Part shown: positions 31,447 through 64,000 of the stretch, piece after piece
Numbering within the stretch: position 1 is the first letter of the stretch
How the letters are laid out: every line of letters starts with the position of its first letter
Assembly: GCA_950097015.1 (NCBI GenBank)
Contig: CATNEN010000034.1
Coordinates: 4,092,001-4,156,000, forward strand
Reading direction: 5' to 3'
Length of the DNA stretch: 64,000 nt
Origin: Macrostomum hystrix
Taxonomy: Eukaryota > Animalia > Platyhelminthes
The notes under the pieces: model-generated
The model's database searches: none
What the model was told of the DNA's origin: nothing
What the model saw: the letters and a program-made list of their open reading frames with translations, nothing else
Program-made: the position numbers and the translations under genes

Positions 31447-34241
31447 CGGCAGAGCTACCGGTCTGGCTGGCCGAGCGCTTCAAGCCACTGACGCAGGGAC
31501 TCGGGCGGATCCGAGGATTCGAGCACCGGCCCAGGCTGAACCCCGCCGTGCCCCCGGTGGCGCAATCGCTACGCCGCATCCCACTTAGCATCAAAGACAA
31601 AGTCCAGGCGGAGATTGACCAGCTGCTGGAGGATGACATCATCGAGGAGATCCAGGCTTCAGAGTGGATTTCGAACCTGGTGATCGTCCCGAAGCCTGAT
31701 GGCAAAATCAGGGTCTGCAATGACCTCAGGTGCCCAAACAAGGCCATAGTTCCGGATAAGCAGCCGCTGCCGACATTCGAGGAGCTGACAACGGAGTTCA
31801 AGGGCTCGACCGTGTTCACTAAGCTGGATTTAAATTCTTCGTATCTGCAGTTGGAGCTAGCAGAAGATAGGCGGGACTTAACGGCCTTCATTACGGAGAA
31901 AGGGCTGTACCGGTACAAGCGCGTATGCTATGGCCTAAACAGCGCCCCGGCGGCCTTCCAGAAAGTTCTCAGCAAGATTCTCCATGGCTGTTCCGGGACG
32001 CTGCACTACATCGACGACATAGTGGTGCACGCTGCCAACGAGGCGGAGCACCTGCGGCGGCTCACGACAGTGCTGGACAAGCTGCTCGCCCATGGCGTCA
32101 CGCTCAACGCCTCAAAGTGCCAGTGGGCTGCAGAGACAGTGCAGTTCCTGGGCTACATCGTCTCCGCGAGAGGACTTCAGCCGATGCAGTCTAACGTTGA
32201 AGACATCGAGGCGGTGCCGGAGCCCCAGAACGCCGAGGCAGTGGCCTCATTTCTGGGAATGGTTAAATTCTATTCCAACTTTCTGCACAACCTGTCCGAC
32301 ATCGCCGAGCCGCTGCTGCTGCTACTTCGCAAAGAGCAGCCCTGGAACTGGACAACAGATTGCCAAAAGGCCTTTTGGAGGCTCAAGAAGATGGTGGTGT
32401 CCCCAACATGCTTGCGATTCTTCAGTCCCGACGACAAGATCATCGTGGCCTGCGACAGCTCCGCGCACGCTCTGGGGGCCGTGCTGATGCAAGACGACAG
32501 CGCCGGGGTTCGAAGACCAGTCGCTTTCGCGTCAAGGACCCTGTCAGCGACCGAGCGCAAGTACTCCGCATCAGAGAGAGAGGCTCTCGCGTGCATCTTC
32601 GCGTGCGAGAGATGGCACTATTTCCTGTTCGGCCGGAGATTCGAGCTGCACACGGACCACCAGGCTCTGACGACGCTGCTGACGGCTCAAGGCAGCGGCC
32701 ACCGGCCTCTGCGGCTTCATCGATGGGCCGACCGCCTGCTCGCGTACGACTTCCAAGTCTGCCACGTTCCTGGCAAGAAGAACATCGTGCCAGATTTTTT
32801 GTCGCGCCACGGCGCTCTCGAAGGAAAATGCCCAAGGCAAAGCGAAGAGGACTCGACCGAGCTCCAAGTGAATGCCGTACTGCTATCGGGCGCGCTGGAG
32901 ATTGTCAGTCCAAGCGAACTGGCCGAGGCATCCCTGCAGGACCCGGTGATCAATGATGCGGTCACAATGACGCTCCAGGGGTGGCCTAACTCCATCAAGC
33001 AGCTGAAGCCGGAGCTGCAGCCGTTCTGGAGGATGCGGACGCAACTGGCGCTCTGGAATGACGGCAAGTGCCTGGCCAACGGCACCCGAGCAGTAATCCC
33101 CGCATCCCTGAGGGAGAAGACGCTGCAGCTGGCGCATTTCGGGCACCTCGGCGTGAGCAAAATGAAGCAGCATTGCCGGGACGCAGTCTGGTGGCCGCAA
33201 ATCGATCAGCATATCGAGGAATTTGTGCGACATTGCGAGGCCTGCCTGCTTAGCGAGAAGAACTTTAAGCCACCCAAGACGGTCCTGACCCCTACGAAGT
33301 GGCCGACGCGTCCATGGGAGGAACTCCAGCTCGACATCTTCGGGGAGCTGCACTCTGCGCCGAACTCCTGTCGCTTCATCCTGGTGCTGTACGATTTGCA
33401 TTCAAAGTGGCCGGAGGCTGCCTGCATGTCGACTGTCACAAGCGCGGATGTCATCGACGCCCTGACAACGTGGTTTAGCCGCTGGGGCCTGCCGAAGAGC
33501 ATTAAAACAGACGGAGGTCCGCAGTTCGTGTCCGGCGATTTTGAGGATTTTCTTCAGCGCTGCGGCATCCGGCACCGGCAGTCACCGCACTACCACCCCC
33601 AGGGCAACGCGGCCGTAGAGCGCTTCAACCGTTTTCTCAAGGACGGCCTAAAGACGCACCTAGAGGAGGGCTACGACTTCAAGGACGCGGTGAAGACGCT
33701 GCTGTGGTCGTACAGGGCCACCCCGCATGCACTGACTGGAGTGTCACCGGCGGAGCTCATGACAGGCCGGAAGATCAGCACCCCGTTGACAGCTCTGCAG
33801 CCAAGGACAACAGCGCGGCACAGACTGGCGGCCAGCATCAAGCGGAGGCAGCAGCGCGTTTTCGATCAGCTCAACACGACCCGGAGGCCGCCGCCCACGT
33901 TCATAGTCGGCGACTGGGTGCGCGTGAAGCGGCCGTTCGCCCGCGGCAAGCTGAGCAGCCGCCTGTCCGAGCCACGGCAGATCTCCCGGATCGCGAGCGC
34001 GACCACCGTCATCCTCAGCGATGGCTCCCGCTGGCACGTCGACAACTGCGTCCGGGTACCGCGGCCAGCCGGAGCGCTGCCGCACTGGCCAGCGCCGGCT
34101 CCCAGCGCAGCCGGGACAGCCGCGGAGGCGGCGACGGCGGCAGACCCAGCGAGACAGCAGCAGCCAGCCCAGACGGCGATCCGAGTGAGCTCAAGGCCGC
34201 GAGCGCCGCCGCAATGGTACGGTGAAATCGTGACTCACTGA
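31440..34241 (+). CDS. pol: Pol: reverse transcriptase, RNase H, integrase (+1 frame relative to gag-PR)
   Basis: LDL..SYLQ, YIDD, DSS..ALGAVL, EREALA, HHCC (H..HLG...CEAC), DDE core, GPY/F-like FIVGDWV; frame switch at the A7 run 31440-31446. Confidence 0.95.
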   Translation, partial: KKTAELPVWLAERFKPLTQGLGRIRGFEHRPRLNPAVPPVAQSLRRIPLSIKDKVQAEIDQLLEDDIIEEIQASEWISNLVIVPKPDGKIRVCNDLRCPNKAIVPDKQPLPTFEELTTEFKGSTVFTKLDLNSSYLQLELAEDRRDLTAFITEKGLYRYKRVCYGLNSAPAAFQKVLSKILHGCSGTLHYIDDIVVHAANEAEHLRRLTTVLDKLLAHGVTLNASKCQWAAETVQFLGYIVSARGLQPMQSNVEDIEAVPEPQNAEAVASFLGMVKFYSNFLHNLSDIAEPLLLLLRKEQPWNWTTDCQKAFWRLKKMVVSPTCLRFFSPDDKIIVACDSSAHALGAVLMQDDSAGVRRPVAFASRTLSATERKYSASEREALACIFACERWHYFLFGRRFELHTDHQALTTLLTAQGSGHRPLRLHRWADRLLAYDFQVCHVPGKKNIVPDFLSRHGALEGKCPRQSEEDSTELQVNAVLLSGALEIVSPSELAEASLQDPVINDAVTMTLQGWPNSIKQLKPELQPFWRMRTQLALWNDGKCLANGTRAVIPASLREKTLQLAHFGHLGVSKMKQHCRDAVWWPQIDQHIEEFVRHCEACLLSEKNFKPPKTVLTPTKWPTRPWEELQLDIFGELHSAPNSCRFILVLYDLHSKWPEAACMSTVTSADVIDALTTWFSRWGLPKSIKTDGGPQFVSGDFEDFLQRCGIRHRQSPHYHPQGNAAVERFNRFLKDGLKTHLEEGYDFKDAVKTLLWSYRATPHALTGVSPAELMTGRKISTPLTALQPRTTARHRLAASIKRRQQRVFDQLNTTRRPPPTFIVGDWVRVKRPFARGKLSSRLSEPRQISRIASATTVILSDGSRWHVDNCVRVPRPAGALPHWPAPAPSAAGTAAEAATAADPARQQQPAQTAIRVSSRPRAPPQWYGEIVTH

Positions 34242-34427
34242 CTCGTTTTTTAGTGACGGTTATTCAGCTGTTATTAGCGATCAGCTGTTTCGATTTAATT
34301 CTCTTTGAAGTACCTGATGCATAAAAAGATCATTTTACTCCTTCGATGCTTGGTAATGCACTTTTATTTCCTGCTCAATATTTGCATAATTATTTTCGTT
34401 GCTCTATCCTTTGAAAGGGAAGGTGAA

Positions 34428-34582
34428 TGTTGTGCAGTTGATTAATGCACGTACATAGTTCGTACATGTACACCTCTGATATCGATTGGCGCAGAATATA
34501 TATAGTCCAATAACTGAGAGCCAACTTGGCGTGAAAGTTTCGGATACTAACTTGGCTGACTCGCTACTATTCATTTACAACA
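34428..34582 (+). repeat. 3' LTR
   Basis: preceded by PPT GAAAGGGAAGGTGAA; followed by TSD. Confidence 0.96.
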
Positions 34583-35286
34583 GAATAGAAATAACATTCT
34601 AACTAATATCCCTTTACTATCTGCAGCAGCAAACCGGTATGACCTCCCCAAAGCATTTCTCTTGTCATCAAAAAAGTATTCCTTCTTAAACCGCATCGGC
34701 CGCTGGGACACTGGACTGAGACAGTGAGTGGAGACGCCACACAAACGGATTGTTGGTCGCATGCCATCAAGGAGTTTTTTCCTACTGGTCAGTTTACTTT
34801 CCATCTTTCCAGCTTCCTAAGTCTGCTGCATAGGCAGACTTCGTGACTTTTACACTTGCACTCCGCAGTTCTGCATTGTAAAGCGATCTCTCTGCCTGTG
34901 TTACTGACTAGTGTGGCGCAGTCGTTGTTCTCTTCTCTTTTAGTGAAATCTGCTCCGAAAATCTACTGGCGTCCATCAGCCAGAGAAGTCCTGTCGCCAT
35001 CTTCAACAGCTCGGCAGTGTCCGGCAGCTGTGGGGTAGGCTTAAGGAGGCTGTCCTCTGTTAGAAAAACAGAATCCGATTACAATCCTAGAACACTAGAA
35101 CACAGCTGCAGTTTTTGCAGCCCTAACCCAGAGGCCCCGCCTCATTGCTTGCACAGTTTTTCCTAGATCCACAGGCACTTACTAAAGAGGATAACAACTT
35201 TGTAGGCTAAAAAATCCCAGAAATATTTGTACGATAATAACAGTCCGTTTGTGTTCACGAGGGTGAAATGGTGTGATGGTGCGACC

Positions 35287-35939
35287 GGGCACGGAGTGAC
35301 AAGGGCACGGAGTGACAAGGGCACGGAGTGACAAGGGCACGGAGTGACAAGGGCACGGAGTGACAAGGGCACGGAGTGACAAGGGCACGGAGTGACAAGG
35401 GCACGGAGTGACAAGGGCACGGAGTGACAAGGGCACGGAGTGACAAGGGCACGGAGTGACAAGGGCACGGAGTGACAAGGGCACGGAGTGACAAGGGCAC
35501 GGAGTGACAAGGGCACGGAGTGACAAGGGCACGGAGTGACAAGGGCACGGAGTGACAAGGGCACGGAGTGACAAGGGCACGGAGTGACAAGGGCACGGAG
35601 TGACAAGGGCACGGAGTGACAAGGGCACGGAGTGACAAGGGCACGGAGTGACAAGGGCACGGAGTGACAAGGGCACGGAGTGACAAGGGCACGGAGTGAC
35701 AAGGGCACGGAGTGACAAGGGCACGGAGTGACAAGGGCACGGAGTGACAAGGGCACGGAGTGACAAGGGCACGGAGTGACAAGGGCACGGAGTGACAAGG
35801 GCACGGAGTGACAAGGGCACGGAGTGACAAGGGCACGGAGTGACAAGGGCACGGAGTGACAAGGGCACGGAGTGACAAGGGCACGGAGTGACAAGGGCAC
35901 GGAGTGACAAGGGCACGGAGTGACAAGGGCACGGAGTGA
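35287..35939. repeat. 16-bp perfect minisatellite (GGGCACGGAGTGACAA)
   Basis: ~41 identical units. Confidence 0.98.
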
Positions 35940-36217
35940 ATAAATTTATGTTGTCGGTGAAATGACGAGATTAAATGAATTTGCTTACCAAATTCTATAT
36001 AGATTTGAAATGCAAAATCCAGTTGATTGCAATCGCTAGTTTCAACAGTTTCAAAGAATTCAAATAATTTTTTCGTGTTTATATTTCTCAATCTCGCCCA
36101 GCTTAAGTCGCTTCGAACATTTGCAGAGTTTGACTATACGGTAGGCAAAGTAGGAACCGCTAGTGAATCACCTTTTTCGATATTTATTACCGAGTCGTGT
36201 GGCTTCGCTTATCCCCA

Positions 36218-36278
36218 GTGACGACCAATGAAGAGAGCGGATTGGCTGCTCCAGGCTCGGTCCTCGGCCAATCGGATC
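36218..36278. promoter_or_regulatory. CCAAT-box cluster (possible promoter)
   Basis: CCAATG, ATTGG and CCAATC within 60 bp, ~2.6 kb upstream of the GRK ATG; no TSS evidence. Confidence 0.25.
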
Positions 36279-36496
36279 CGTATTTACGCTTGTATCTATA
36301 GCGAGGCCTATCGTTGGGTGGAGGTGTCTTAAAGACTTAATAACTACTGAGTCCCCTGTCGTTAGTAGTGTCATTTGAGCATTGTTTCTTTATTTATTTG
36401 GAAAAAAAGTTCAGCAGAAAAAACTATAAATAGCAAAATGTATCCCAAACTGTGAAAATCGCATGGGTTGTCCAACTTTGTGAATAAATAATAATT

Positions 36497-36738
36497 TCAA
36501 ATTGATTACACCTGCCCCGATAGCCAACAGCTCAGCTGCAGTCCATATGAACTGGGGGGAACGCCACACCCGACCTCAACTACCCCAGCTGATACTGCTG
36601 GTACCCATTTAACAGCTGGGTTAATAAAATCAACGCAGAGTTAAGTCTTTTGCTAAACAACACAATTTGTTCAAGCGAAGTCGGGAATCGAACCCCTGAC
36701 CTGTAACTCGTGAGTCCGACGCTCTAACCACTTGGCTA
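36497..36738 (-). mobile_element. tRNA-derived SINE, near full-length diverged copy
   Basis: B-box (+ strand GGGAATCGAACC), CCCAGCTGTTAAATGGGTACC, same GGGGCAGGTGTAATCAAT tail as 12655. Confidence 0.82.
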
Positions 36739-38891
36739 AAACCCTTTGTGATTATTACGGAAAAAATCGTTGAGTCGACAACACAGTTGGATCGACTTGA
36801 CTTCACAGCGGGATCACCTCCTGCCTAGTTACTCATTATTATCAACGTAGTTAATTTGCGTCTATACCGGCCGAGATATTCATGAGGAAGTGAGTCATTG
36901 CCATTTTGCGGAGAAAGGAGCATTTATATATAATGAGAGACATGAAATCTATTGAGATCGAAAAAAAGTGAGAAGAATAAATGTCTTCGCGAGTCCCTAA
37001 TGGCTGCACAGCTGCATAGTCTAGGATTCCCCCAGATTCAGGTGTGCAACTGATTAGTGATGGACAGATCAAAGACTGGCAGTGGAATTATAATCCCTAA
37101 CAAGGATCTGTCGATCCTGCCACACACAAGCAGAAGTCATGCAGTGGCTACCTCACGACCGCATATATAACAAGCTGTCGAACCGTTTCTAGGTTATAAT
37201 GGCTAAGGCTTGGCTACTATGCATGCTTAGAAAAAATGTGGCTAGAAAATTACATGGCTATATGTAAAGCCTCCCGCAACGATTGCGTAATCATCGGGCA
37301 TGCCAAAAAATCCTACGATTTTGCAAGCCTGAGAAGCGCGTGACGTCTGGGGTGTTGTGATAAGATGCTGCCTTAGCTGTGCCTTACTAGCATTTTGTAT
37401 TAGCATTTTGACTGTGCGTGCTAAACACTACTTGAATTTATTTGCAAGTGAATTCATGCGTGCACAGTTTGTTAAAAATGATTGCGAGCAGCGCGGTAAT
37501 CATCTTGGGGATGACTAAATTTATATATATATATAAGGCTTGCCTTGTGAAAGTATGATCTGAAGCATTTGGCGTCATAAAGTACCTTGCAGCAGATAGC
37601 GAAGTAGCTGATCATCGTAGGCTGCAAGTGCATGATGTTCTAACACGCATATACGTACGCATTTAACTAAGCAACTGCATGCTATCAGACTAATCTCTCG
37701 ACCTTTGTAAAGAGCAGCAACAACGAAAGTATGAGCATTCCACGAACAGTTTAGGGATTCACTCGCAAGCATTTTCGATTCGCTTAGTTTGATTTGCATT
37801 GATTTTACCTCCCCGAAATTTCACTTCACCGAAAGAAAAACGTGTGTCACTTTCACTTCGCCGAAAACCGAAATGCCTGTACGCCACTTTCACTTCGCCG
37901 AAAGTATAACTCCAGATCATTTCCGAAGCTGAAGTGAAAACATAGCAATGAATGGAATTTACTATTTTACTCAGCTTTTACAGGCCGCTTCCTATAGCTT
38001 GTCGGCACTGACTCGTCTTTAAATGAATATGTTGACATATAATAAATAGATTCTATTTTTATTGATTAGATTGTTAATATTCACTAGTGGCGGCCAGAAA
38101 ATACACGACCGGCTAGCGCTAGTGCAGCTGCACTTCAAACCCATCAACCTCAGTCTAGTTAAGGTTGGCTTTGTGCAACCAGCTAGCCGACTTGCTAAGC
38201 CGGGGGTTGTGCGAAGTGACGCCACTTTTCGCCCCTCTATCACTCTCTATGTTCATATATTAATATACACGACATGCAGCCCACGATCTTCACTGCCATT
38301 TCATCTTTTAAACAAAAAGGACTTCCGCCTTATACTCATATTTTCATATTGTTATGCAAATTTAGTAACTTGTAAACGCTTTACGGCACTATTTTTATTG
38401 ACGCCAGCTGTACAAAGTAACGAAAAGTGCAAACATATATAATAGTTGTAAAAAATTAGATGCCACCTTTTAAGTAACAAGTTGCTTTATAACTATCTAA
38501 AAGATAAACAGAAAGTACACTTTGGTTATACTTATTTATCCACGAAAATAAAAAACTTCGAACAGCTTTTTCCTAGAAAGACTAGAAACAACCTTAGAAA
38601 AATAACTTCAAAGGGCACTGTCTACTATATCTTACGCTTGTCCACTTCCTTTCCCTCTAAGGCAATCCAAAGTTAGGATTCATTCGTTTTTAGGGGTTGG
38701 ACTAGCGCACATATTTTTTGTATTAAAATATTGATAATTATTTAGTTTTTTTCACTTATACATTTACTTCCCCCGAGCTTTAAGATTTGCCCATAGCTGT
38801 GTATTTTATTGTTTCTTTTATCGCTAAAATTTTCTCTATCAGAATGCTTCACTAATTGTTACTTTTCCGTTCTTTTTGCAATATATCTGAA

Positions 38892-63921
<25,030 letters not shown>

Positions 63922-64000
63922 AGCGCTGATCAATTGCGGAGCAGTTGTGTCTGAATGGGCTATTATAGCACGTCGCAATTATCACAACACTCAAGCTACT

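Larger units (their letters stand above)
29959..34582 (+). mobile_element. Ty3/gypsy LTR retrotransposon, full length, very recent insertion
   Basis: Identical 155-bp LTRs (TGTTGT...ACAACA), 5-bp TSD GAATA (29954-29958 / 34583-34587), TGG PBS-like site at 30115, polypurine tract 34413-34427, domain order gag-PR-RT-RH-IN. Confidence 0.97.

Noticed and set aside
31441-31447. Canonical -1 ribosomal frameshift at A AAA AAC producing Pol
   Set aside because: The -1 frame terminates at 31491; Pol is in the +1 frame.
30586-34225. Overlapping or antisense ORFs within the retrotransposon
   Set aside because: Expected shadows of GC-rich coding sequence; no independent motifs.

Overview
Animal genomic DNA with short AT-rich introns and GC-rich exons. 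The repeat-stuffed introns suggest a free-living flatworm such as Macrostomum (inference). Three spliced genes were reconstructed by hand; each has GT-AG introns and a CDS length divisible by 3. (1) CYLD deubiquitinase, + strand, 9 exons, 554-6351, ~815 aa. (2) A 7-cadherin-repeat, delta-1-type protocadherin, - strand, 8 exons, 27912-13089, ~1125 aa. (3) A GRK4/5/6-family kinase, + strand, 10 exons, 38892-63921, ~591 aa. A very young Ty3/gypsy LTR retrotransposon (29959-34582; identical 155-bp LTRs, GAATA TSD, one frameshift in an A7 run) lies between the protocadherin and GRK. There are also four copies of a tRNA-derived SINE and a degenerate Crypton-like fragment. Roughly a third of the window is ~33 minisatellite arrays (13-55 bp units), and nearly every larger intron has its own. 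Most long repetitive ORFs in the track are artefacts of these arrays. The most notable signal is that several arrays are built from splice signals or exon sequence: an exon-end+donor unit repeated 7 times in GRK (potential 31-nt mini-intron plus in-frame 9-nt microexon), a protocadherin intron made of six tandem mini-introns with AG|GT junctions, and an array carrying an 18-mer of the upstream exon. This points to a possible route by which tandem amplification creates introns, microexons or recursive splice sites. Function is untested.
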